Shown: positions 13,551 through 26,030, numbered from the stretch's first letter. The stretch is DNA of 64,000 nt from Mobula hypostoma (GCF_963921235.1 NC_086097.1:59646001-59710000), one strand, 5' to 3'. The notes: generated by a model not told the origin, from the letters alone. A program made the numbers and translations.

Positions 13551-14386
13551 GCCGTATGCCTTCTTAACCACAGAGTCAACCTGCGTAGCAGCTTTGAGTG
13601 TCCTATGGACACGGACCACAAGATCCCTCTAATCCTCCACACTGCCAAGAGTCTTGCCATTAATGCTATATTCAGCCATCATATTTGACCTACCAAAATG
13701 AACCACCTCACACTTATCTGGGTTGAACCCCATCTGCCATTTCTCAGACTAGTTTTGTATCCTATCAATGTCCTTCTGTAACCTCTGACAGGCCTCCACA
13801 CGATCCACAACACCCCCAACCTTCGTGTCATCAGCAAATTTACTGACCCATCCCACCACTTGCTCATCCAGGTCATTTATAAAAACCACAAACAGTAGGG
13901 GTCCCGGAACAGATCCCTGAGGCATTCCACTGGTCATCGACCTCCATGCAGAATATGACCCATCTACAACCACTCTTTCTTTGCCTTCTGTGGGCAAGCC
14001 AATTCTGGATCCACAAAGCATGCTTCCTTACTTTCTCAATAAGCCTTGCATGGGGTACCTTATCAAATACCTTGCTAAAATCTATATACACTACATCCAC
14101 GGCTCTACCCTTATCGATGTGTTTAGTCACATCCTCAAAAAATTCAATTAGGCTCGTAAAGCACGACCTGTCTTTGACAAAGCCATGCTGACTATTCCTA
14201 ATCATATTATGCCTCTCCAAATGTTCATAAATCCTGTTTCTCAGGATTTCCTCCATCAACTTACCAACCACTGAAGTAAGACTCACTGGCCTATAATTTC
14301 CTTGGCTATCTCTACTCCCTTTCTTGAACAAGGGAGCAACATCTACAAAACTCCAATCCTCCGGGACCTCTCCCATCCTCATTGAT
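13551..14386 (-). mobile_element. CR1 LINE A, middle segment (RT)
   Basis: NYRPVSLTSVVGKL, QHGF, DFSKVFDKVPH, GMPQGSVPGPLLF, KFADDTK. Confidence 0.93.
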
Positions 14387-17300
14387 AGAACATTGAACAT
14401 GGAACAGTACAGGCCCTTCGGCTCACAATGTTTTGCCGACCCTCGAACCCTGCCTCCCATATAACCCCCCCACCTTAAATTCCTCTATATACCTATATAC
14501 CTGTCTAGTAATCTCTTAAACTTCACTAGTGTATCTGCCTCCACCACTGACTGAGACAGTGCATTCCCTGCACGAACCATTCTCTGAGTAAAAATCCTTC
14601 CTCTAATATCCCCCTTGAACTTCCCACCCCTTACCTTAAAGCCATATCCTCTTGTATTGAGCAGTGGTGCCCTGGGGAAGAGGCGCTGGCTATCCACTCT
14701 GTCTATTCCTCTTATTATCTTGTACACCTCTATCATGTCTCCTCTCATCCTCCTTCTCTCCAAAGAGTAAAGTCCTAGCTCCCTTAATCTCTGATCATAA
14801 TGGATACTCTCTAAACCAGGCAGCATCCTGGTAAATCTCCTCTGTACCCTTTCCAATGCTTCCACATCCTTCCTATAGTGAGGCGACCAGAACTGAACAC
14901 AGTACTCCAAGTGTGGCCTAACCAGAGTTTTATAGAGCTGCATCATTACATCGCAACTCTTAAACTCTATCCCTCGACTTATGAAAGCTAACACCCCATA
15001 AGCTTTCTTAACTACCCTATCCACCTGTGAGGCAACTTTCAGGGATCTGTGGACATGTACCCCGAGATCCCTCTGCTCCTCCACACTACCAAGTATCCTG
15101 CCACTTACGTTGTACTCTGCCTTGGAGTTTGCCCTTCCAAAGTGTACCACCTCACACTTCTCCGGGTTGAACTCCATCTGCCACTTCTCAGCCCTCTTCT
15201 GCATCCTATCAATGTCTCTCTGCAATCTTCGACAATCCTCTACACTATCTACAACACCACCAACCTTTGTGTCGTCTGCAAACTTACCAACCCACCCTTC
15301 TACTCCCACATCCAGGTCGTTAATAAAAATCACGAAAAGTAGAGGTCCCAGAACAGATCCTTGTGGGACACCACTAGTCACAATCTTCCAATCTGAATGT
15401 ACTCCCTCCACCACCACCCTCTGCCTTCTGCAGGCAAGCCAATTCTGAATCCACCTGGCCAAACTTCCCTGGATCCCATGCCTTCTGAATTTCTGAATAA
15501 GCCTACCGTGCGGAACCTTTTCAAATGCCTTACTAAAATCCATATAGATCATATCCACTGCACCACCCTCATCTATATGCCTGGTCACCTCCTCAAAGAA
15601 CTCTATCAGGCTTGTTAGACACGATTTGCCCTTCACAGAGCCATGCTGACTGTCCCTGATCAGACCATGATTCTCTAAATGTCCATAGATCCTATCTCTA
15701 AGAATCTTTTCCAACAGCTTTCCCACCACAGACGTAAGGCTCACTGGTCTATAATTACCCGGACTACCCCTACTACCTTTTTTGAACAAGGGGACAACAT
15801 TTGCCTCCCTCCAATCCTCTGGTACCATTCCCGTGGACAACAAGGACATAAAGATCTTAGCCAGAGGCTCAGCAATCTCTTCCCTCACCTCGTGGAGCAG
15901 CCTGGGGAATATTCCGTCAGGCCCCGGGGACTTATCCGTCCTAATGTATTTTAACAACTCCAACACCTCCTCCCCCTTAATATCAACATGCTCCAGAGCA
16001 TCAACCTCACTCATATTGTCCTCACCATCATCATGTTCCCTCTCGTTTGTGAATACCGAAGAGAAGTATTCATTGAGGGCCTCACTCACTTCCACAGCCT
16101 CCAGGAACATCTTCCCACCTTTATCTCTAACCAGTCCTGTCATCCTTTTTTTCTTCACATAATTGAAGAATGCCTTGGGGTTTTCCATTACCCTACTCGC
16201 CAAGGCCTTCTCATGCCCCCTTCTTGCTCTTCTCAGCACCTTCTTAAGCTCCTTTCTTGCTTCCCTATATTCCTCAATAGACCCATCTGATCCTTGCATC
16301 CTAAACTTCATGTATGCTGCCTTCTTCCACCTGACTAGATTTTCCATCTCACTTGTCACCCATGGTTCCTTCACCCAATCATTCTTAATCTTCCTCACCG
16401 GGACAAATTTATCCCTAACATCCTGCAAGAGATCTCTAAACATCGACCACATGTCCACAGTACATTTCCCTGCAAAAACATCATCCCAGTTCACACCCAC
16501 AAGTTCTAGCCTTATAGCCTCACAATTTGCCCTTCCCAATTAAAATTTTCCTGTCCTCTCTGATTCTGTCCTTTTCCATGATGATGCTAAAGGTCAGGGA
16601 GCGGTGGTCACTGTCCCCCAGATGTTCACCCACTGAGAGATATGTGACCTGATCCGGTTCATTACCTAGTACTAGATCTAGTATGGCATTCCCCCTGGTC
16701 GGCCTGTCCACAAACTGTGACAGGAATCCGTCCTGGACACACTTAACAAACTTTGCCCCATCTAAACCTTTGGAACTAATCAGGTGCCAATCAATATTAG
16801 GGAAGTTAATGTCACCCATGATAACAACCCTGTTATTTTTGCACCTTTCCAAAATCTGTCTCCCAATCTGCTCCTCTGTATCTCTGCTGCTACCAGGGGG
16901 CCTATAGAATACCCCCAATAGAGTAACTGCTCCCTTCCTGTTCCTGACTTCCACCCGTACTGACTCAAAAGAGGATCCTGCTACATTACCCACCCTTTCT
17001 GTAGCTGTAATAGTATCCCTGACCAGTAATGCCACCCCTCCTCCCCTTTCCCCCGCTCTCTATCCCTTTTAAAGCACTGAAATCCAGGAATATTGAGAAT
17101 CCATTCCTGCCCTGGTGCCAGCCAAGTCTCTGTATTGGCCACTACATCATAATTCCATTTATGTATCCAAGCTCTCAGTTCATCACCTTTGTTCCTGATG
17201 CTTCTTGCATTGAGGTACACACACTTCAGCCCTTCTACCTTACTACCTTTACACCATTTATTCTGCTTCTCTTTCCGCAAAGCCTCCCTTTATGTTAGAT

Positions 17301-17425
17301 CCGGCTTTACTCCATGCACTTCTTTCACTGCTCTATCGCGCTGGGTCCTATCCCCCTTGCAAATTAGTTTGAACCCTCCCGAACTCTGCTGGCAAAGCTA
17401 CCTGCAAGGATATTGCTCCCCCTCA
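14387..17425 (-). mobile_element. CR1 LINE B, young, complete ORF2 span, 5'-truncated near the end of ORF1, nested in CR1 A
   Basis: agaacattgaacatggaaca tail; TSD ATTGAT at 14381-14386 and 17426-17431; EN motifs YLNARSIRNK, ETWL, YRPP, GDINFP, SDH. Confidence 0.96.
14485..16539 (-). CDS. CR1 ORF2 open frame (684 codons, tether + reverse transcriptase + C-terminus); probably not expressed
   Basis: Uninterrupted ORF with [49 protein letters not shown]; the EN domain lies upstream in two shifted frames. Confidence 0.8.
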   Translation of the reverse strand: MGRANCEAIRLELVGVNWDDVFAGKCTVDMWSMFRDLLQDVRDKFVPVRKIKNDWVKEPWVTSEMENLVRWKKAAYMKFRMQGSDGSIEEYREARKELKKVLRRARRGHEKALASRVMENPKAFFNYVKKKRMTGLVRDKGGKMFLEAVEVSEALNEYFSSVFTNEREHDDGEDNMSEVDALEHVDIKGEEVLELLKYIRTDKSPGPDGIFPRLLHEVREEIAEPLAKIFMSLLSTGMVPEDWREANVVPLFKKGSRGSPGNYRPVSLTSVVGKLLEKILRDRIYGHLENHGLIRDSQHGSVKGKSCLTSLIEFFEEVTRHIDEGGAVDMIYMDFSKAFEKVPHGRLIQKFRRHGIQGSLARWIQNWLACRRQRVVVEGVHSDWKIVTSGVPQGSVLGPLLFVIFINDLDVGVEGWVGKFADDTKVGGVVDSVEDCRRLQRDIDRMQKRAEKWQMEFNPEKCEVVHFGRANSKAEYNVSGRILGSVEEQRDLGVHVHRSLKVASQVDRVVKKAYGVLAFISRGIEFKSCDVMMQLYKTLVRPHLEYCVQFWSPHYRKDVEALERVQRRFTRMLPGLESIHYDQRLRELGLYSLERRRMRGDMIEVYKIIRGIDRVDSQRLFPRAPLLNTRGYGFKVRGGKFKGDIRGRIFTQRMVRAGNALSQSVVEADTLVKFKRLLDRYIGI

Positions 17426-17710
17426 ATTGATGATGCAAAGATCATCGCCAGAGGCTAAGCAATCTCCTCCGTCACTTCCCACAGTAGCCTGGAGTACATC
17501 CCGTCCAGTCCCATTGATTTACCCAACTTGATGCTTTCCAAAACCTCCAACACATCCTCTTCCTTAATATTTACATGCTCAAGCTTTTCAGTCCACTGCA
17601 TGTCATCCCTACAAAAGCCAAGATCCTTTTATGTAGTGAATACTGAAGCAAAATATTCATTAAGTACCTTTGCTATCTCCTCCAGTTCCATATACACACT
17701 TTTCCACTGT
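17426..17710 (-). mobile_element. CR1 LINE A, 5'-truncated end
   Basis: Continues the host sequence (cctcattgat to gatgcaaagatcatcgcc); minus frame MELEEIAKVLNEYFASVFT. Confidence 0.9.
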
Positions 17711-18206
17711 CATTATCACGATAAGACTGTAAAAAGCCTACCAGTCCTGAAATCTGGAGATCAATTGCAAAATCAGAGTTCACGATTCCAGCACATGGTC
17801 CATGCAAGCATATGTTCAAGAGGAAGTTGCTCCAGATTCTTACCAAGTCCAGACAGAAGTAGGAACACCACTGAGAAGGAACTGCGTGGATCTAGGACCT
17901 TAATTTCCAATTCATATCTGTGACACATCATTTGCCAGTACACCAATGGAGCCAGCAGATGTGAAAAATAGCCTTGTTGTTCAAAGTTCTCAGAGAGGCA
18001 CTAATATTAACAAAGCACGTGAAAGCTATACATCTGCATAGATCAACCACCTCAGGGACTGATTGAGAGTTGAAGAGTGAACAAAGGACTGTATTTGTTC
18101 ATTACAATTGAGGTTAAAGTAACCACCTTTGTTGGAAACAAGTATTGTTTCTTGCAGGTTTATGAGAATGGAGTATTATGTTGTTTTTATTTAAAAAAGA
18201 GGGAAG

Positions 18207-18408
18207 ATGTGTTATTATGTATGTATGCATTAAATAACATCAATTCCCAGTGTGCAATTTGGGCAGTTCACCTGGAACAGGAAGTGATATTGGTGAGTGG
18301 GGTCGCACATGCTCGTGTCCAGCTGAAGCCATGGTTGGAGTATCCCGAATAAAGATGTGTTTCTTGTTACTCATGCTAAGTTTGCCTTTCATCAATAACA
18401 AATATAAC
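18207..18408 (+). repeat. 3' LTR of the Gypsy element
   Basis: Starts with TG just after the polypurine tract; contains AATAAA; homologous to 6570-6730. Confidence 0.85.
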
Positions 18409-19159
18409 TGCTTTGAAACATTGAAAGTGACAGATTAGCCAAGTGAATATGGAACTTCAGGATAATGTAAAGATAAGGAGAAATTCAGAGCATACATGCA
18501 AGTAACAATGAAGACTACAGCCATAGTTGCTTATAGTAATACTACCAATTTTGGTGATAAATTTGATTTCAGTGGGATGAAAATTCAGTGAATTCCTTAA
18601 CAAATGGGCAATCTACTCCATTAACTTTAAATAATCATGCCATTGTCCTAAAAAATCTGCTTCCTTTTTGCTACTTTCTTTGTGCACCAATGCAAAAAGC
18701 AAAAAGACATTGGTGATGAATGACTCTTAAAAGCTGGGAGTTTGTGGAAGACAGAATATTTCTCAGATAGTACAAATTGAGAGACAAGCATACAACAAGT
18801 GACAGGCAGAGACAGAGAAAGTGACAGGGTAGGGAAATGAGGAAGATGATTCCCAAGAAGACAAATATCCAGCAAAGAGGGGAAAATTGGGTGACAATGC
18901 CAGTTTGATAGGTGCTTAGCAGATTTTTTCATATGGTGAGAAAGAACCATGTACATTTGAGGGGAATTAAACCTAACCATTACATAATGTAAAGATAAAT
19001 AATATCACCAGTCCCACCCCTTTCTTAACGTTGTATCAAGCCCTCTGGTTCACTTTACTGCCAGACTTATAGTGGTCCCGACTTAAACCCTGCAATGCCT
19101 CATCCCACATTCTTCTTTGGCTAGCATGCCTTCTTCATTATTGCATCAAAAAGAGTAAG

Positions 19160-19550
19160 TATCCTGGGCCAACACACCAATGCATTTAATGAAGGCGGCA
19201 CTCTAGGTGCTCTACTTCATAAGGTGTTTCAAGAGATTTGGTATGTGTCCAAAGACTCATACAAAGTTCTACAAGCATTTTATCTGGTTACATCACAGCT
19301 TGGTATGAGGCCTCTTATGCACAGCATCGCAAGAGGCTACAGAGGGTTGAAGACGCAGTCAGTTCTATGACAGGCACAACCCACCCATTCTTCAAACAAC
19401 AGTACCTCAAGAACACAAGTCCTTCATTAAAGAACTTCACCATCTAGGGCATGCCCTCCTTGTGTTACTATCATTGGGGAGGAGGTACAGGACCCTGAGG
19501 ATCCACACTCAATGTTTAGGAGCAGTTTCTTCCTCTCCACCAAGGTTCTG
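19160..19550 (+). mobile_element. Rex1/Babar-type LINE fragment
   Basis: SILSGYITAWYEASYAQHRKRLQRVEDAVSSMTGT, followed by a GRRYRTL-like C-terminus. Confidence 0.78.
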
Positions 19551-20049
19551 TATGTGACCACTTTCAAGGTAGGAAATAATATTGTTTCAGGTTAGAAACA
19601 AACAAAAGATTTTCTGAATTTGTACTCTGATATGACAGGAAAACACAGAGGAAGCCAAATTTAATTTTCACCACAAAAGAACAGTAAAGAGAAGACTAAT
19701 TTCAAGAATTTCCTTCTGGACATTTGGACAAAAATTATGTGAGCCAGATGTCTGTTTTTGAAGGCTGGTTTAATTTGCATAGATAAATAATCATTCAAAA
19801 ATTCTCAAAAAAGGGACAGAACTGCCAAATCCACTTTTTTTTTTTAAATTCACAAGTATTGTTGCTGATTAAGTTCCAATATGCAAACTTATTTTGCACA
19901 ATGAATAATTGTGTAATAACTGTTGACTGGACAATTACTAAATCATAACAAGGTTACAATGTGAAAAGAGGCCATTCAGCCCATTGAGTCAGAAATGCAC
20001 ATAAGTATGACATGAAGCTTGCATATAATGCATTTGGAGAAAATAATGA

Positions 20050-20790
20050 AAATAATGCAGGCATGTGTTGGAAGATGACAAGTGACAGTCATGCTACACA
20101 AGTGAAAGAACTGACTATTCCCAACAAGTAATGGAAGAAGCAGATATCTTTGACATCCAATGGTATTATGATTGCCAAGTTTCCTACCACTAATAGATTA
20201 GGTGATATCATTGATTAGAAAACTAGTCTCATAAATATTGCAACTACAACAGCAGGTCAGAAGCTCAGTTTTCTAAATGTGTGACTTGCCTCATGCCTCC
20301 TTACAGCTTTTTCACAAATTTTAAGGCATAAATCAGGCCTGTGATAGGAAACCCAGTGTTTGCCTGGATTGTTGTAGTGCCAACAATGCTCAGGTAGCTT
20401 GAAGCCATCCAGGACAAAGCAGCCAACTTGATTGTCATCTTATTCACTATCCTAACCATTCACTGCCTCCAATAATGATGTATTCTGGCTACAGAATGTA
20501 CCCAGACTTCTCTTTCAGTACCTCCCAACCCATGTCTTCTACAAAGGCATTAAGCACTACAATTTCAGCATCTCCAAGCAATATATTCTCTTAACTGAAA
20601 AAAATATATTGCTATTATTTTATCGTTGCTAGGTCTCAATCTTTGAACTTCCCATCTGACAGAAATAGAGGAATGCCTTTATCACAAGAGCATAACAGTT
20701 CATAAAGAGGGTTCACCACCACCTTCGCAAACTTCACTGTGGATGGGCAATGAATACTGGCCTTGCAGTAATGCTCACATCTCATAAGTG
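20050..20790 (+). mobile_element. Old non-LTR retrotransposon 3' end (CR1/L2-type)
   Basis: Remnant LEAIQDKAANLI; 3' end caccaccaccttc...ggatgggcaatgaatactggccttgc; more decayed relative at 39820-40040. Confidence 0.55.
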
Positions 20791-22483
20791 ATTTTAAGAA
20801 CTTCTTATTCTTCTTAAGTGTACAAGACAATAGCTTAGAAAAGTAGTGCATGCCTTCAATTCCTCACATATTCCCCACACCTTCTGTGTGATAATGCATA
20901 CGGTAGGAATCATGAGCAGGAAACAGATTTGTATGAAGACTCATTTTAAAAGATGGCATCCTGGCATTGAGAGAAATCATCAAATGACATTTCCCATTGG
21001 GAACAGCAACCTATGGTCCTGTGGAAGGTCAATAATATTTCTGATAGGTGATAGGCCATTGTGTCCTTGGAGTTTCGTACTTGGGCAGGGACTATTGTCT
21101 CCAGAATGGAAAGAAACAGAGCCTTTTCAGTATGGAAAGAACAGGAATATTTTGATAAAATTGAGTTTTCATTTCACTGATAGCTTCCCAGATAGATCTG
21201 GGTCCTTTTAATTACTCTCAGAGCAGGTTGCTACACTCCAGAAAATGCCTACTCTTACAACTGAGGCCCATATCGTTTCTGAATGTGCATTCAAGCTAGA
21301 AGGTTGCAGCAACAATGTCAAGCATACATTACATACTAATTGCAGTGGCGTCCATGCATAAACCAGTTTGCAGGCACTGAGGGGGTTGGGTTAATGAATG
21401 ATAGTGCACTCTCGAAGGTGAGCTTTCACATAAAAATCAATTGTGGAGAACATGCAAATGTTGTACTCTACCATGGAAATTCCCAGTATTGTGGTTTGTT
21501 TTGAACTGCAATGAAACCGAAGTGGATTCATGGCCTTACTGAATATCCTACAGGTGTTTCTGTTTTCGATGTGACCTTCCTTTCAGGGACGTTGGTTGCT
21601 TTGTTGGTAGAAAATGCTGGTTAAGAAATTTTTGAACAGCCTGTCCTATACTTAACTGAGCATAGTAACATGTGATGAAAGGTCAAGTTTGAAAACACAA
21701 ATTCAAGTGAATAATCAGACAACCCAAACTTCAGGATGAAACAATTCAGTAGGTGGGTAACCAACAGTAAATGTGAATACATGGAAGGAACACTCAGTAG
21801 TTCACTGTCTTTATTTTAAATTATGATCAATGTAAATTAACTAAAGTATTGTCTTTGTGATTGTTGTCTAATTTTATATTAAAAAATAAAAGGTACCTTT
21901 ATGACATTAATAATTCATCATAGATCTCAGGTAGGAATTGACCATATACCTATCACTCCTGCTCCTTAGAATAACCGATTCTTGTAAATGCTCTTCCCAA
22001 CCAGGAAGCTGCTGACACTGTTAGCACTCTCCTGGTAGCAGCAGTTGAGCAAATTATACTCTTGGCTTCAAGATCAAGAGGAATTTGGTGTCCATTGTAA
22101 CTCTGGAAAGAAAGCTCTTGTTGACAGTCAATAGAAATGTTTGTTTATATATTGTTGAGCTTCTTTCAGACAGTCCAATGTGCCAAAACTGCCCCAAGCC
22201 TGGTTTCTTATCTTGTTTCTCTGTCTAGGACCTCATGATCACTCATGATGGAGGTGAGGTGCAACATTGCGGTGTAAAATGTCGAGACAATGATACCGAT
22301 CTTCACTGAGATTGGCTCTGTAAACCCTTTGGATAGTTTCTGTTTTTATTGAGCAAATGAAAATTTGATTTTTTTTTGTGGTGTAAGAATGGTGTTCCAC
22401 ATTTCCTCCTGATTGATGTATTCAAGAGTTTTGGGGAGACTGAGAAGGGTTGCATATGGTTCTGCTTCCTGTTTTGAAGTTAT

Positions 22484-22625
22484 ATAGAACAATAGAGCAC
22501 TGGCAAGGCCATACAGCCCATGAAATTGTACCAATCTTGATGCCAATTTATGCTAAATATCCTCCTGTTGCATATCATCTATATACCTCCGTTCCTTTTC
22601 TATCCATATGTCTATCAAAAAACGG
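22484..22625 (-). mobile_element. CR1 3' tail remnant
   Basis: atagaacaatagagcac...aggccatacagccc resembles the other CR1 tails in the window. Confidence 0.5.
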
Positions 22626-23420
22626 GTTCATGCTTTGTGTAAAGCACAGTTCCTCATTAGGCTAGGCTTCTTGGAGAGTGAACAAGCCTCTCCCTGAAGA
22701 TGTACTTCCAGCCTTATTCTGCAGGTTACCCCATCAAATTCCTTGTCTGAATTGCGTGTAAGTGGCACAATTGCCTAACTTCACCCATTGGTGAGGTGCC
22801 ATCTTTGGAATTCTTTTCATCTGCTTTGTATCTCACTTCATGCAGTTACCACATTCGGGTAGTCTTGGATTAGGAAGCAAGGGTAAGGGTATTCGGAGAT
22901 GAAGGAGAAAGTAATTGGTTGCCTCAGTTTGTTGATAAACAGAAAACATGGGAAAAGAGAAGAATGAAATGTGGAAAGGAGGTTTGGTTATGAAAATACA
23001 ACTTTTTAATCATGGTTCAATCCTGCTTGTACTCCCTATATAGTTCCATTGCCGATTAATTGGACTTTGACCACAAGTACTCATTTCCTTAGTCATACTT
23101 GTGCACAAAGAGAAACACACTGTTCTGAAGCCAGAACGGAAAATTTCGCCATTTTTATACAGAATTGACTTAACCATTACAGATATTGATCATTTGGTGA
23201 ACTGTGTGTTCCTTGCTTGCTAGATCAATTGGCATTCACAATGGAGGCGTTAAAAGACAAAAGAAACTACAAGCTGACAGCTGATTATACCTTGAAGTCA
23301 GTAAAGCAATTGTCCCTTAATTGTTGGGTGTGTTCTGCATCCTTCCATTATATTCTTATCCAGTTTGTCTCTGGCATCCCTTACTGTGAAAAGGGAAGCA
23401 TATTCTTCAACGACCTTTCT

Positions 23421-24068
23421 AGAAGATGGCGGCGTGACGCAGCTTGCGCGACTACTCTGGTGAATGATATCTGTAATCTGTCAAATAGGGTACCGTGCAC
23501 AATCCTGATTTGATGGAGACAGATGTGAGAGAACGGAGGACATCTGGAGAAACTTCTAAAATGCCTTTTTCGCTGCCACTGTTACTGTGTGATCCTGAAT
23601 CCCCGAATCCTTGGCTTTGCTTGTTGCTCGGTGGCCGGGATGGGGTCGAAGTGCTTGGCAGAGATGGTGCTTGGTGTCGAAGGGCTGGTCGGAGGCTCAA
23701 AGTTTTCAGACGGATTCAGAGTCGGTTGGGGTCGGGTGCTTCCAATGCATCGACAGTTGTCGGTACCTGGAGGTTCATGGCAGAGAGAGTTTCTCCCTTC
23801 TGTCGCCTACTATCGGAGACTATCAGGAGTCGATCGGAACTCTGAGACTTTTTTTTAACTGTTCCCATGGTCTGTTCTTTATCAAATTATGGTGTTGCTT
23901 TGCACTGCATTAACTATATGTTATAATTATGTAGTCTTGTCAGTGTTAGTCTTTGGTTTGTCCTTTTTTTTATACCACTCTGGAGGATCATCGTATCATT
24001 TCTTAATGCATGTATGCATTTCTATATGACAATAAACGAGGACTGAGTGTCCTCAAAATCTAATCTAA
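23421..24068 (+). mobile_element. Non-autonomous non-coding retroelement, copy 1
   Basis: Collinear end to end with 54223-54910; starts AGAAGATGGCG, CpG-rich, ends AATAAA...(AATCT)n. Confidence 0.85.
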
Positions 24069-25914
24069 AAGTTCTCATTTCAGAGACACAACTTGTCTTG
24101 GTTGACTGTACACTGCCCCTGACTATCCTTGCCTTCTTGCCTGGATATTGTCTTTAACCCTTTCCTTATCCTGATCCCCACAATCAAAGCCATATTGTGT
24201 GTGTGTGTGCATTGAGAAGCTGAGGGGTTTTAAACTGGTGTGGAAGTGAGGGTAAAATGAAACATATGAATGCTGGATGTCATTGATGGGGATCTGATAC
24301 ATAGGGCAGAGATGAAGGCTGGTGCTGGTGCTGGAGTTGACAGTGTTTGATGTAATAGCAGACAAAAGTTTCTCAGAGATCACCGAATCTCACAGCAGCA
24401 CTGCACTGAAGTACTTGGGGCAACACTCAGGCATCGACTCCCAACATTATGTGTCTGGCAAGTGCTCGGCCTCTCTACATCAGAGGAAATCACTCTCAGT
24501 TTCTCTGTCTTCCACATCCTGAATATTCTTGGAGGTCATTCTCAAGCATAATTTGATGTTCTTCACTGTTACCATGATCATATTCATTTTCTGCATGATT
24601 ACCAGCACCTGCTCCAGGCACAATGCACTCTCTTTATGAGGTGCAGGCTGGATTAACTGGTGCTAACCATTTATAATGTTGGACCACTGCTAATGCATGC
24701 AGCCAGTCCAGAAATCATTATAATTAATGGGTAGAATTGTACTGGAATCAACAGGTGTAGGTTAATCGCACAACATGATCCTCGTACATCTTTTTAAAGG
24801 CTTTCTAATAGAGCCTCCTGTGTGTTTTATATCGGTGAAGATAAACTGTCCTGCTGATGAACATTGACACACAGTGAAAGTAGGAATAATCAGTCAAAAC
24901 CTGCTGACATGTTATAGGGTTACTTCTGCTTATGCAACCAAACTTCTTATAGATTAAACCTGCAAAAATAGCATCAATGATGAATTGTATTAAAATAATT
25001 TTATAAGGACTCTGAGGAGTGAGCAAATACCAGTCAGTGTAAACCAACCTAACATACAGACACTGTTGTTCCTATTTACTGCAGAAATCAGGTTAGAATA
25101 TAGATTTTAAATTGGAAATTAATATTAGCTGAGGATTATGACTGAATTAAGTCTAATCTTTAAACTTTGTTCTCTCAAAGGACAGACTTAATTTTTATTC
25201 TACATCTGAATATTTATGATAATTGGATAATATTTTACAGATACTCTACATTAACTATTAAGCGTACGAGTGTACCAACAATAATCATTGCAATGTATGT
25301 AATTAGCTCTGGAAGTGACAAAGTTTAAATATGGTATTTATTATGAAATCCTTCTCCATTTTTATACTTAGCATGGCTATTACATAGGATTACCTTCATG
25401 AAAACATAAAAGCAGGCTATGTCTGGAATCCAAGCTATCTTTTAGTTTTGCATTCAAGTCACTTCTCTTCCACGTCCGGAGTGCTACTGTATTAGAGAGC
25501 AGCAAATCATTGAGGGATGTTTCTGTTCTTTGTACATACAATTTATTTCTTATCTCAAGGGGATCAATTCTGTTCAGTGCATGAGTTGTAGAATATGAAC
25601 GTTAAGATTGTATTGATTGCACTTTAAAAATACACATGTAATGGTAGGCCACTGACGTAAAACATAGGCACTCATTGTTATGACTTTACCACTATGTCAG
25701 TCAAGAATGGGAAATACATCAAATATTATGAGCTTGAGAACATTTCAACCAGTGCAGGCATAAGCAACAATCACTATAGGAGGCTAATCTCAGAAATAAT
25801 GACATCCATTCAGCTTTGGTTTGGTTCATAGCAGACAGTACAACTTACAAGTTTTCATCAAATTAAGTCATTATGGACTAACTTGTCACAGGCCATTATG
25901 TTGTCCCTTTTCGA

Positions 25915-26030
25915 CACACACAAAATGCTGGCGGAACTAAGCAGGTTAGGCTGCATCTATGGGCATGGATATATGACTGAGCCCCATTAAGGGCTGAAAA
26001 GGAAGGGGAAAGATGGCAGAATAAAAAAAA
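25915..26030 (-). mobile_element. Penelope-like element terminal fragment
   Basis: acacaaaatgctggcggaactaagcagg...gcatctatgg is the reverse complement of the terminus at 37215-37258. Confidence 0.7.

Larger units (their letters stand above)
6452..18408 (+). mobile_element. Gypsy/Ty3 LTR retrotransposon, internally deleted and split by a ~10 kb nested insertion (own sequence 6452-7749 and 17711-18408)
   Basis: Two homologous LTRs, PBS at 6731, gag and integrase remnants, PPT aaaaaagagggaaga before the 3' LTR; integrase frame KEKENDKQKH at 7749 resumes as HYHDKTVKSLPVLKSGD at 17711. Confidence 0.9.

Noticed and set aside
15049..16907. Many 70-130 aa + strand ORFs, with similar ones at 46249-47918 and 57271-57805
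   Set aside because: Antisense shadows of CR1 ORF2; they recur because the element recurs
20846..21560. 121 aa ORF and faint Harbinger-transposase-like words (IPSIVVCFE, NRSGFMALLNI)
   Set aside because: Spacing is wrong and catalytic residues are missing; too weak without a profile search
21949..22103. Possible minus-strand exon (acceptor tttctttccag, frame SYNGHQIPLDLEAK...)
   Set aside because: The only open frame stops just before a weak donor; no recognisable protein or partner exon
23452..23913. Overlapping 80-116 aa ORFs, and similar ones at 54392-54811
   Set aside because: By-product of GC-rich repeat sequence; reading frames are not preserved between the two copies
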